Below, in pieces: positions 29,656-37,665 of a stretch of 64,000 nt of DNA. Below the pieces are notes generated by a model, which did not search any database, had not been told where the DNA came from, and saw only the letters and a program-made list of their open reading frames with translations. Numbering within the stretch: the first letter of the stretch is position 1; each line of letters begins with the position of its first letter. The position numbers were made by a program, and so were the translations under genes. The stretch spans positions 83,317-147,316 of the forward strand of contig JBAZPO010000006.1 in assembly GCA_041648175.1 (NCBI GenBank). Reading direction: 5' to 3'. This DNA is from Desulfobaccales bacterium (GTDB lineage: Bacteria > Desulfobacterota > Desulfobaccia > Desulfobaccales > 0-14-0-80-60-11).

Positions 29656-30156
29656 ATGAAAACTAAGACTACGGTGGGTCCGGCGAGGATCTGGCTGGCG
29701 CTTATAGTGGCTCTGGCTTTAACAGCAGCGGCCTCTGCGGGATGGGCCGCGAGCGCCCCGGACTTCACCTTAAAAGCCGTGCAGGACGGCAAAGATTACA
29801 GCCTCAGCCAGTTCAAGGGCAAGGTGGTGCTGCTTAATTTCTTCACCTTCTTTTGTGGTCCGTGCCGGCAAGAGATGCCGCATCTGAGTCAGATAGACCA
29901 GGAATTAAAGGGGCAAGGCTTTCAGACCCTGGGAATCGCCCTGTCCTCCACTCCTGAACAGCTCAAACAACTTATCTCGCAGTTGGGCCTTAAGTACCCG
30001 GTGTTGGAAGGCAATGACGCGGTGAGCAAGGCCTACGGCGGTATCGAGTTGGTGCCTATGACCTTTATCATTGACAAGCAGGGGAATATTGCCCAAAAAA
30101 TCCTGGGAGCCCGGAGCAAAGAGGAATTTGTGAAAATGATTAAACCTCTGCTCTAA
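29656..30156 (+). CDS. TlpA/ResA-family thiol:disulfide oxidoreductase (thioredoxin fold), secreted
   Basis: Signal peptide. VVLLNFFTFFCGPCRQEMP has a CxxC motif. Start set at the ATG 7 nt after AAGGAG. Confidence 0.8.
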   Translation: MKTKTTVGPARIWLALIVALALTAAASAGWAASAPDFTLKAVQDGKDYSLSQFKGKVVLLNFFTFFCGPCRQEMPHLSQIDQELKGQGFQTLGIALSSTPEQLKQLISQLGLKYPVLEGNDAVSKAYGGIELVPMTFIIDKQGNIAQKILGARSKEEFVKMIKPLL

Positions 30157-30174
30157 ACCAAAAACGGCCCACCC

Positions 30175-30205
30175 GGGGGTAGAGTCGCACCTCGATTCTA
30201 CCCCC
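30175..30205. terminator. hairpin between convergent genes
   Basis: GGGGGTAGA - 13 nt - TCTACCCCC, a 9-bp stem with no clear U-tract. Confidence 0.35.
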
Positions 30206-30282
30206 AGCGGCAGTCAAAAGTCCTTGAGGCGGCGTCATCTCTTAGCTTGATCCAGCAATGCCAGGCAACGAAAACCGCACGC

Positions 30283-30459
30283 TTACCCCAAGCGTGGGTC
30301 CATACTGCCGCTCCCGCCGCAATCCGGCAAATAGCAACTCACGTCTTTGAATTCGCAGGCTTCTTTGCACTCGGGGCAGACCTTGGGCGGCTGGGGTTCC
30401 GTGAGGGTATAGCCGCACTTGGTGCATTTCCAGTAGGTTTTGGGTTGGGTGTCGTCCAT
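30283..30459 (-). CDS. 58-aa Cys-rich rubredoxin-fold / zinc-ribbon protein (not in ORF track)
   Basis: My translation: MDDTQPKTYWKCTKCGYTLTEPQPPKVCPECKEACEFKDVSCYLPDCGGSGSMDPRLG. AGGAG lies 8 nt upstream. The CxxC-x12-CPxC resembles the rubrerythrin C-terminal domain, with three extra Cys. Confidence 0.6.
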   Translation of the reverse strand: MDDTQPKTYWKCTKCGYTLTEPQPPKVCPECKEACEFKDVSCYLPDCGGSGSMDPRLG

Positions 30460-30516
30460 GGATTTGATCTCCTGTGGTAGGCCCGGTGCACCGGGCTAAT
30501 CTTTGGGTAAGTGCAG

Positions 30517-30738
30517 CTACTTGGCGCACTTAACCGGTTGTTCCTTCGCCGAGCCGGGACCGGCCAGGGGTTTAAACATGGATTTGCCCGCGCCGCAGCA
30601 GGGACACTTCCAATCATCAGGCAGGTCCTCAAATTTGGTGCCCTTGGGGATCTTGCCCTTCTTGTCACCATGGGCCGGGTCGTAAATATACCCGCAGTTA
30701 GACGTTTGGCACTGCCACATCTCTTCAGGGTTGGACAT
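30517..30738 (-). CDS. rubredoxin (CX4C...CPCC spacing) with C-terminal extension
   Basis: [64 protein letters not shown] before this ATG. Confidence 0.85.
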   Translation of the reverse strand: MSNPEEMWQCQTSNCGYIYDPAHGDKKGKIPKGTKFEDLPDDWKCPCCGAGKSMFKPLAGPGSAKEQPVKCAK

Positions 30739-30882
30739 TTCAACCTCCGTCCTGGATGCATCCTTCACAATTTTTTATCATTTTCGCCGTGATGAGAAAG
30801 CTGTCATCAGAACAGCCTTGCCGGAAAGGGGGTACGCGGGTAACCCTACCCCCTTTGACTGGCGGTTCGGCCAGACTAAGGC

Positions 30883-31053
30883 TTAGTCCATCTCTTGCAT
30901 TTTCTTGCCGCAACATTCCGGGGCAGGCGCCTCAGCCGGGGCCTCTTTGGAGGTATTGCATTGGTAACAGACGTAGCTCTTCTTTTCAGCCTCAGGGGCT
31001 GGGGCAGCCTTCTCTGCGCCTTTATGCTTGCAACCGCAGCTACAACCACTCAT
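30883..31053 (-). CDS. 56-aa Cys-rich protein with desulforedoxin-like C-x2-C...CCGxxM motif (not in ORF track)
   Basis: My translation: MSGCSCGCKHKGAEKAAPAPEAEKKSYVCYQCNTSKEAPAEAPAPECCGKKMQEMD. AAGGAG RBS lies 8 nt upstream. Confidence 0.5.
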   Translation of the reverse strand: MSGCSCGCKHKGAEKAAPAPEAEKKSYVCYQCNTSKEAPAEAPAPECCGKKMQEMD

Positions 31054-31344
31054 GAACTTTCTCCTTTTTCCTCAGGTTTTAGGGATATCCCTGCTTCCCA
31101 GGGACCCAAGACTCTCGTCTTGGGGTGGTCCTTAAATTTTAAAGATAATATTTATTTTACAGTAATCATTATTGGTTCAATGGCAAGGGGTCTGGCAAAT
31201 TTTTCCGGAGTCCAGTCTTTAAGATGAAGGCCCAAAAAAGGGGTCCCCATAATTGACAAGATTATTATTATTATTAACTTGTTGATATCTGATAATAAGC
31301 ATATTTTGTTGGATATTTTTTAGAATTATTAGCGGAGTTGAATT

Positions 31345-31803
31345 ATGTTTAAAGAATTCAAAGAGTTCGCCATGCACGGCAGCGTCGTGGACATGGCCGT
31401 GGGCATCATCATCGGAGCGGCCTTCGGAGCCGTGGTCAAGTCCCTGGTGGCCGATATCATCATGCCGCCCATCGGCCTGCTCCTGGGCAATGTGGATTTC
31501 ACCAACCTGTTCATCCTCCTGAAGGCCGGAAAGGTGGCGGGCCCCTATGCCTCCCTGGCCGCGGCCCAAACCGCGGGGGCAGTCACCCTCAATATCGGGA
31601 TGTTCATCAACACTATCGTCAGTTTTGTTATCGTGGCCTATGCCGTATTCCTGGTCATCCGGGGAATTAACCGGCTGCAACGGGCCCCGGAAGCGCCTCC
31701 GGCCGCTGCCACTAAGGAGTGCCCCCATTGCGCCTCGGAGATCCCCCTCAAGGCCACCCGGTGCCCCCATTGCACCTCGGAATTGGGGGCCGCCTCGGCC
31801 TGA
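31345..31803 (+). CDS. mscL: large-conductance mechanosensitive channel MscL with C-terminal zinc-ribbon extension
   Basis: [44 protein letters not shown]. The tail is [24 protein letters not shown]. Confidence 0.85.
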   Translation: MFKEFKEFAMHGSVVDMAVGIIIGAAFGAVVKSLVADIIMPPIGLLLGNVDFTNLFILLKAGKVAGPYASLAAAQTAGAVTLNIGMFINTIVSFVIVAYAVFLVIRGINRLQRAPEAPPAAATKECPHCASEIPLKATRCPHCTSELGAASA

Positions 31804-31831
31804 CGAAATTGCCGCTTAAGGAGTAACTTCC

Positions 31832-32164
31832 ATGTCTTCCATAAGAGAGAGTTATTGCGGTCTCTGTGAGCAGTGTCAGTTGGGCAGCCCGGATTTTCAG
31901 GAAGCCGTGGGCAAGGTTAAGACCTATATGGACCAGTTACCGGTGCACTGGCAGCGGCAGTGTATTAACGAAGCGCAGGACTTTCCTTTGTTGGAGTTCC
32001 GCCAGGGGCTGGACTGGTTTTCAGGTAGGGTTGACTGTCCCGGCTGCAAGGACATGGGCGGTCTGGAGCACTGCGGCATCCGTGACTGTGCCACAGAACG
32101 TCAGCATGACTACTGCTATGAATGTCTGGACCACGACTCCTGCAGGCACCTAATCTTTGTTTAA
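31832..32164 (+). CDS. Cys-rich DUF3795-like protein
   Basis: 110 aa. YCGLCEQCQ near the N-terminus plus CPGC, C..C and CYEC motifs. AAGGAG RBS. Confidence 0.55.
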   Translation: MSSIRESYCGLCEQCQLGSPDFQEAVGKVKTYMDQLPVHWQRQCINEAQDFPLLEFRQGLDWFSGRVDCPGCKDMGGLEHCGIRDCATERQHDYCYECLDHDSCRHLIFV

Positions 32165-32346
32165 GGGTTCCCGGCTGAGTCACAGGATGCTTGCCTCCAC
32201 CTTCAGAGGTTGGCGCGGAGGTATGTGAAACCTCCGGGCCGGCCCTGGATTCTTGGATATTTCTCCTTATCTTTATCAAAAGCCTAGAGCCACTTTCACA
32301 AAAGATCCCGCGCCTTGTAAAATCTTAGGCGCTAAGGAGAGAATTC

Positions 32347-32673
32347 GTGGATGAACCTCGCCGTGTCACCCCGCAAGAGATCTATCCAAAAGTCCAGTCA
32401 GGAGAAACCCTCCTGGTCTGCGCTTATGACGATGACGCCAAATTCCGGCGCCTTCGACTGGAGGGCGCCATCTCTTTGCCTGAATTCAAGTCCCTCGTTC
32501 CTTCCCTGCCTAAAAACGGGGAAATCGTATTCTATTGCGCCTGACCCAATGAAAACAGTGCGGCCGGTCAGGCAGCCGGGTTAATCGAGATGGGCTATCT
32601 AAACGCTAAGGCGCTCAAAGGGGGCGTGGAGAGCTGGAAACAAGCGGGTTACGCCTTGGTGGGTGAGAAGTAG
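32347..32673 (+). CDS. single-domain rhodanese-like sulfurtransferase with in-frame TGA (candidate selenocysteine at codon 66)
   Basis: GTG start 8 nt after AAGGAG. The sequence reads ...GEIVFYCA-TGA-PNENSAAGQAAGLIEMGYLNAKALKGGVESWKQAGYALVGEK-TAG. Only the read-through product is a complete rhodanese domain. Confidence 0.55.
32560..32576 (+). promoter_or_regulatory. candidate bacterial SECIS hairpin for the rhodanese TGA
   Basis: GC(G)GCC-GGUCA-GGC(A)GC forms five Watson-Crick pairs with one internal mismatch. The apical GGU starts about 25 nt after the U of UGA. Confidence 0.35.
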
Positions 32674-32680
32674 GAGGTAC

Positions 32681-33400
32681 ATGATGACATCGCACCGCAT
32701 TATCCTGATCTCGGGGGTTATCTCGGTAGTATTGGGATTTCTGGCCGGTTTTCTGGGAGGCAGGTTTGCCGCGCCGCCGGCCAGGGAAAAGCCGGTAGCC
32801 GCGGTTATCCAGGCCGAACGCTTTCAACTCACGGACTCAAACGGGCGCGCCCGGGGACAATTCGAGGTCGACTCCCAGGGTGTGGCCCGCCTGGTGTTGT
32901 CAGGTCAGGATGGAGCGCCCCTGGCGCGTTTAAGTGCAACCCTTCAGGGAAGTACGAGTTTGCAGATGGGCGACGAGGAAAGCCAACGGGGCGTGATAGT
33001 CAACACCGAACCCGAGGGCTTGCAGACGATCGCCTTATACTCTGAAGGGAAGTCACGGTTGGCGCTGGAAGTGCAAAAGAACGGCGATCCGGCCATCAAC
33101 CTGAATGATAAAGGCAAACGGCTTATCACTCTCGGACTCACAATTCAGGGTGACCCGCATCTCACTTTCTACGGGGAAAACCAGAAGGCCGCCCTGGAAG
33201 TGATCGGCAAGAAGAATGGTGACCGAAGTCTCACCCTGGCCGGCAAAGACGGCATTCCCCGGGTCGTGCTGGGGTTGAAAATGGACCAGAAAGCCGCGCT
33301 GGGGTTGTTTGATCGCCAAGGCAAAACCCGGGCGGCCCTGATGGATGAACCGTCCCTGTTGTTATTAAAAAACGGCAAGGTATTACAGACGTTACCCTAA
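32681..33400 (+). CDS. membrane-anchored protein with internal beta-rich repeats (unknown function)
   Basis: AGGAGG lies 5 nt upstream of the ATG. N-terminal TM helix. Recurring modules of the type L.L.D..G..R..L (FQLTDSNGRARGQFEV, LALEVQKNGDPAINLND, ALEVIGKKNGDRSLTLAG, LGLFDRQGKTRAAL). Confidence 0.5.
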   Translation: MMTSHRIILISGVISVVLGFLAGFLGGRFAAPPAREKPVAAVIQAERFQLTDSNGRARGQFEVDSQGVARLVLSGQDGAPLARLSATLQGSTSLQMGDEESQRGVIVNTEPEGLQTIALYSEGKSRLALEVQKNGDPAINLNDKGKRLITLGLTIQGDPHLTFYGENQKAALEVIGKKNGDRSLTLAGKDGIPRVVLGLKMDQKAALGLFDRQGKTRAALMDEPSLLLLKNGKVLQTLP

Positions 33401-33436
33401 GGCCGGCTCCCATCGCCTGGGGCCATAATTCGCCGG

Positions 33437-33460
33437 TAGCACAGGCTTTCCAGCCTGTGG
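33437..33460. repeat. CACAGGCT-ttcc-AGCCTGTG hairpin repeat (copy A)
   Basis: tagcacaggctttccagcctgtgg, between convergent genes. It shares the core GCTTTCCAGCCTGTG with 42176..42198 and 51145..51169. Confidence 0.6.
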
Positions 33461-33475
33461 TTATATAGGCTAAAA

Positions 33476-34207
33476 CTACACGGCAAATGAAGGCAGCAAG
33501 CCCGTGGCCGCCTGCTGCTTATCTTCGTCCCGAAGGGCCATGACCTGGCGAATCCTCCCGGCATCGTAGACCACCACGGTTTGCGCCAGGGCCGCTACGT
33601 CCTCCGGGTCGTGGGTGATGAGGATCACCGGCAGATTAAAGCGCTCTTGCACCCGCAAAAGTTCCTGGCGCATCCTGGCTCTCAGTAAGGCATCGAGGGC
33701 CGAAAACGGCTCATCCAGGAGCAGCAGGCTGGGACGGCGGATCAGGGCCCGGGCCAGGGCCACCCGCTGGCGCTGCCCTCCTGACAGATCCCGGGGCAGG
33801 CTGTCCCGCATGGGAGCCAGCTCAAAAATTTCCAGCACCTCTTCCAGGCGCAGCCGGTCCGGCCGGCGCAGATTCCAGGGCCAGGCCCTCTTGAGGCCGA
33901 AAGCCACATTCTTGGCAACCGTCAAATGGGGAAAGAGGGCGTAATCCTGGAACACATACCCGATATCCCGATGGCGAGCCGGAATCGTGAGGTTTCGGGA
34001 GGCATCGAAGAGGACCCGTTCCCCTACCACGATCCGTCCCGCGTCCGGGGTGGTCAGGCCCGCGATGGCTTGCAGGGTGAGGCTTTTTCCCGCACCTGAG
34101 GGGCCGAACAGGACGACGACGTCTTGGTCAGAGGCGAAGGAGACTTCCAGATTAAAGACCCGCCGTCCCGTACCCAAACGTTTTTTGATGTCCACCAGGA
34201 TTTTCAT
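33476..34207 (-). CDS. modC: molybdate/anion ABC transporter ATP-binding protein (short ModC-like, no TOBE domain)
   Basis: Walker A is GPSGAGKS, signature is LSGGQRQRVALARAL, Walker B is LLLLDEP. Only 243 aa. Adjacent to modA and modB. Confidence 0.7.
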   Translation of the reverse strand: MKILVDIKKRLGTGRRVFNLEVSFASDQDVVVLFGPSGAGKSLTLQAIAGLTTPDAGRIVVGERVLFDASRNLTIPARHRDIGYVFQDYALFPHLTVAKNVAFGLKRAWPWNLRRPDRLRLEEVLEIFELAPMRDSLPRDLSGGQRQRVALARALIRRPSLLLLDEPFSALDALLRARMRQELLRVQERFNLPVILITHDPEDVAALAQTVVVYDAGRIRQVMALRDEDKQQAATGLLPSFAV

Positions 34208-34227
34208 GGGCTTTCCACCGGCCCGGT

Positions 34228-34989
34228 CTAAGGCTTGCCGAACCCGAACTTGTTAAAGATCTCCTGAGCCGGAGGGCTCAGGACGAAGTCCACAAAACTT
34301 TGGGCCAGAGCCTGCTTGCCGCTTGCCGCCACGACGGCCACCGGATAGACAATGGGCTGGTGCCCCTTAACCGCTAACATCGTTTTCACCTTCCCCTTGG
34401 CTATGGCGGCATCGGTGGCAAAGACAAACCCGGCGTCCACCTCGCCGCGACCGACATAATCCAGCACCTGGCGCACTGATTCCCCGTAAATAAATTTGGG
34501 CTTAAACGTCTCCCACAACCCGGCTTGCGTCAATGCCTCCCGGGTGTAGCGTCCCACCGGCACCGTTTCGGGATTGCCCAGGGCCACCCGTTTGATCTCC
34601 GGCGCGGCCAGATCCTTAAGGGCCGTCAGAGGCAAAACGGATTTTTCCGGCGCGATCAGGACCAGGGTGTTGCTCACAAAATCTTTCCGGCTGGCCACAA
34701 CGATCAGCCCCTTATCGACGGCCTGGTTCATGGTCTTTTGATCCGCGGATGCGAATACGTCCACCGGGGCGCCTTGAGCGATTTGCTGGAGCAAAGGGCC
34801 GGACGCGGCAAAATTATAGATAATTTTAGTTTCCGGATGCTGTTTCTCGAAAAGCTTCCCTATTTCCGGGAAAGCATTGGTAAGACTGGCCGCAGCGGAA
34901 ACAATCAATTCCTGGCCGCCGTAAGCCGGCGCCCCCCAGAGGACCACGGCGCCTAACCAGAGCACGAAGAGCAGCTTAATTTTAGTCAT
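34228..34989 (-). CDS. modA: molybdate ABC transporter substrate-binding protein
   Basis: Signal peptide. LIVSAAASLTNAF...NFAASGPLLQQIAQGAPVDVFASAD...VPVGRYTREAL. Confidence 0.8.
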   Translation of the reverse strand: MTKIKLLFVLWLGAVVLWGAPAYGGQELIVSAAASLTNAFPEIGKLFEKQHPETKIIYNFAASGPLLQQIAQGAPVDVFASADQKTMNQAVDKGLIVVASRKDFVSNTLVLIAPEKSVLPLTALKDLAAPEIKRVALGNPETVPVGRYTREALTQAGLWETFKPKFIYGESVRQVLDYVGRGEVDAGFVFATDAAIAKGKVKTMLAVKGHQPIVYPVAVVAASGKQALAQSFVDFVLSPPAQEIFNKFGFGKP

Positions 34990-35005
34990 GACTAACCCCT
35001 TGATA

Positions 35006-35677
35006 TTACAAGTATCTGATTTTCATCGCCTTTCCAGAGACCAACAGGATGGTCAGGCAGACGATGGAGATGATAATTACGAGGATTGTGGCGCCCGCGT
35101 CGTTGCCGGCCTGCATGGCCTCATACACGGCAATGGACAGGGTCTGGGTCTTGCCGGGGAGATTGCCGGCGACCATCAAGGTAGCGCCGAACTCGCCCAT
35201 GGCCCGGGCGAAGGCCAGCATGGTCCCGGCCAGAATGCCCCGCCAGGCCAGGGGCAGGGATACCCGGAAAAAGACCCCGGCCTCGGAGGCGCCCAGCGTG
35301 CGCGCGGCATTTTCCAGATTATGATCCACTCCTTCGAACGCGGCCCGGGCCGTCTTGTAGATCAGGGGCAAAGACACCACCGCCGCGGCCAGGGCCGCGC
35401 CTTGCCAGGTAAATATCAAGGAAATGCCAAAGGTTGACTTCAGCCAGTGGCCCAGCCAGCCCTGGTTGCCGATGAGGACGATGAGATAATACCCCAGGAC
35501 CGTGGGCGGCATGACCAGCGGCAGGGTACACAGCGAGTCCAAGCCCTCCCGGCCCCAAAAGCGGCTCCGGGCCACCAGGAAGGCCAGCATCACCCCCACG
35601 ACAAACGTCGTCAGGGTCGCCACCCCGGCCACCTTTAACGTCAACCATAACGGGGTCAGATCCACGGCAAAATTCAC
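35006..35677 (-). CDS. modB: molybdate ABC transporter permease
   Basis: 223 aa. EAARTLGASEAGVFFRVSLPLA is an EAA loop. GTG start. Confidence 0.8.
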   Translation of the reverse strand: MNFAVDLTPLWLTLKVAGVATLTTFVVGVMLAFLVARSRFWGREGLDSLCTLPLVMPPTVLGYYLIVLIGNQGWLGHWLKSTFGISLIFTWQGAALAAAVVSLPLIYKTARAAFEGVDHNLENAARTLGASEAGVFFRVSLPLAWRGILAGTMLAFARAMGEFGATLMVAGNLPGKTQTLSIAVYEAMQAGNDAGATILVIIISIVCLTILLVSGKAMKIRYL

Positions 35678-35942
35678 GCTGCCACTCCATAAAGCTTTAA
35701 CAAAATTTTATCTAGTAAAGGGGCAAGCTTCATGCCACTAAACCGACTAACCAATTTAACTATTTATATTTTCATGCAAATCTGGTTTTTTGGGTTTATT
35801 TCAGGTGGTCTTTCCAAGGCTTAATATTTACAGTTTTGTAATTATTGTGATGAGAGTTGGTGTTATACTTTGCATTATTGTAATTATATAATTGCGCCAA
35901 TCGCCTTGGACCCAGTGAGAGGCGAATTTTTGCTTTAGAAAA

Positions 35943-37565
35943 TTACTTACCGAAGGGGCACTTGGGGAAGGTGCAGACCTTGCATTCCAGGCAAAAGGCC
36001 CCATGGCCCAATTTAGCCAGGTCGCGCCGGCTGGGAAAGAGCCCCGCCAGCAACCGGGGCAGGAGGAGGTCAAAGCTGGTAGTTTTGAAGTACAAGGCGC
36101 AGGCCGGCACGCCCATGACCTGGACCGCACCGATCCGGGCTAAAAGCGTCATGGCCCCCGGCAGGATAGGCGCGCCGTAACAGAGGTCGGTGGCGCCCGC
36201 ATCTATCAGGCCCTGGCGCGTCACGTCATCCGGGTCCACGGACAGGCCCGCGGTGGTCACCAACAGGTCGATTCCCGCGTCCAGGAGATCTTGGGCGCCT
36301 TTGCGGATGGCTTCCTTATCGTCGGGCACGATGAGGGATTTCACCACTTGACCCTGCAATTTCTCCACCTTGGCGGTGATGATGGGCGCGAACTTGTCTT
36401 CTATCAGCCCTAAAAACACCTCGGTCCCGGTGACCATGATCCCCACCCGGGGCTGCCGCAGCGCCAAAATCTGGAACAACGGTCCATCGCTTAACACCGC
36501 CAGGGCTTTCAAAAAGTCGATCCGTGGCAGAAACAGGGGTATGGCCCGGGTCGCAGCCAGGGGGCGGCCCTGCGCCATGAGGGTGTAGCCGGCTCGCGAC
36601 GCGGCCATGACCCCGGGCACCAGGTTGAAATTTTCCAGGCGCGCCTCATCCACCACCAGCAGACCGTCGTGCGCCGCGACCAGTTTGACTTTGCCTTCCC
36701 GGGGGGTATCAGTATGGGTCACGCCTGCCCCGGCCATGGCCCGGGCAAAGGCCAGGGCGGCCTCGTCTTCGTGCACCCACTCCGGTCCCGGACCGTCCTC
36801 GCTTATCACATAGAGATGCTGCCGGCCCATGTGCTGCAGCCGGCAGAGGTCACCCACGGTAATGACTTCTCCCTGCTTGACGGCCGCGCCTTTGCTCTCG
36901 CCGGGGATGATCCGGGTCATGTCGTGCAGGGCACGGCGGCCCACGGCCTTCTCCGCGGGGATGGCCTGTAGGACCGGGGCCGCCATGGCGCTTTCCGCGT
37001 CTTCCAGGTAAGGCGCCTCACCCTGGCAGGCCCGGCAGATACCCCCATCTTTGGCCGGATAGGCCTCCCGGCACAAGGGGCAGATGACCATGCCCCCCCG
37101 GTGCCGCCGGGTAAGGAAATGCGGGCGAATTTGCATGGTGCGCCAGCTCAGGATCCGGGGCCCGGCTTCCCGAATCTGGGCCATAAGCAGGTCTTTATCC
37201 TGCTCGGGCTTGGGTTTGAGTTTGAGATACCAGCTATTGATTTCAGGCCAATCCGCCACTTTGGCGGCATCCATCCAGACCCGCACCCCGGACCCCTCGA
37301 ACTTATCATAGAGGTTGACGGCAAACCGCCCCAGGTTGACCACTTTGAGCCAACCGTTGCCGATGGTGCACGGGGTAAGGAGTTGCACCGCGTCCGGGAG
37401 GCAGGCCCTGGTCTCACTGATGGCATCGAAGAGCACGCCGTCCGGAAGCCGGCGCATGCCCAAGTCCACCATGAAACCGCCGATAATCAGTCCCGGGGCG
37501 ATATGGCCATGGAAGGACTTGACCAGTTGAAGGTACTCATCATAGGAATAGGAACCGATATTCAT
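35943..37565 (-). CDS. FmdE-domain protein fused to a molybdopterin-binding (MoCF-biosynthesis/MoeA-like) domain
   Basis: The N-terminus FHGHIAPGLIIGGFMVD...LPDAVQLLTPCTIGNG with zinc ribbon CPLCREAY...CRAC is FmdE-like. The C-terminal part is GIMVTGTEVF...DLLVTTAGLSVDPDDVT...PILPGAM. The tail is CLECKVCTFPKCPFGK. Confidence 0.65.
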   Translation of the reverse strand: MNIGSYSYDEYLQLVKSFHGHIAPGLIIGGFMVDLGMRRLPDGVLFDAISETRACLPDAVQLLTPCTIGNGWLKVVNLGRFAVNLYDKFEGSGVRVWMDAAKVADWPEINSWYLKLKPKPEQDKDLLMAQIREAGPRILSWRTMQIRPHFLTRRHRGGMVICPLCREAYPAKDGGICRACQGEAPYLEDAESAMAAPVLQAIPAEKAVGRRALHDMTRIIPGESKGAAVKQGEVITVGDLCRLQHMGRQHLYVISEDGPGPEWVHEDEAALAFARAMAGAGVTHTDTPREGKVKLVAAHDGLLVVDEARLENFNLVPGVMAASRAGYTLMAQGRPLAATRAIPLFLPRIDFLKALAVLSDGPLFQILALRQPRVGIMVTGTEVFLGLIEDKFAPIITAKVEKLQGQVVKSLIVPDDKEAIRKGAQDLLDAGIDLLVTTAGLSVDPDDVTRQGLIDAGATDLCYGAPILPGAMTLLARIGAVQVMGVPACALYFKTTSFDLLLPRLLAGLFPSRRDLAKLGHGAFCLECKVCTFPKCPFGK

Positions 37566-37665
37566 AGGATTTTAGTATCGCGCAATTCGAATTAAAATGG
37601 GTTACCCCCACCCAACCTTGTGGGTGGGGGCTATGTAAATGACTCCCCGCAATTGGTCGGGAGCT

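Noticed and set aside
35678-35942. Moco (molybdenum cofactor) riboswitch upstream of modB
   Set aside because: The context is attractive, but I could not recognise the conserved Moco-motif segments in this AT-rich 265-bp region. An Infernal scan would be needed to exclude it properly.
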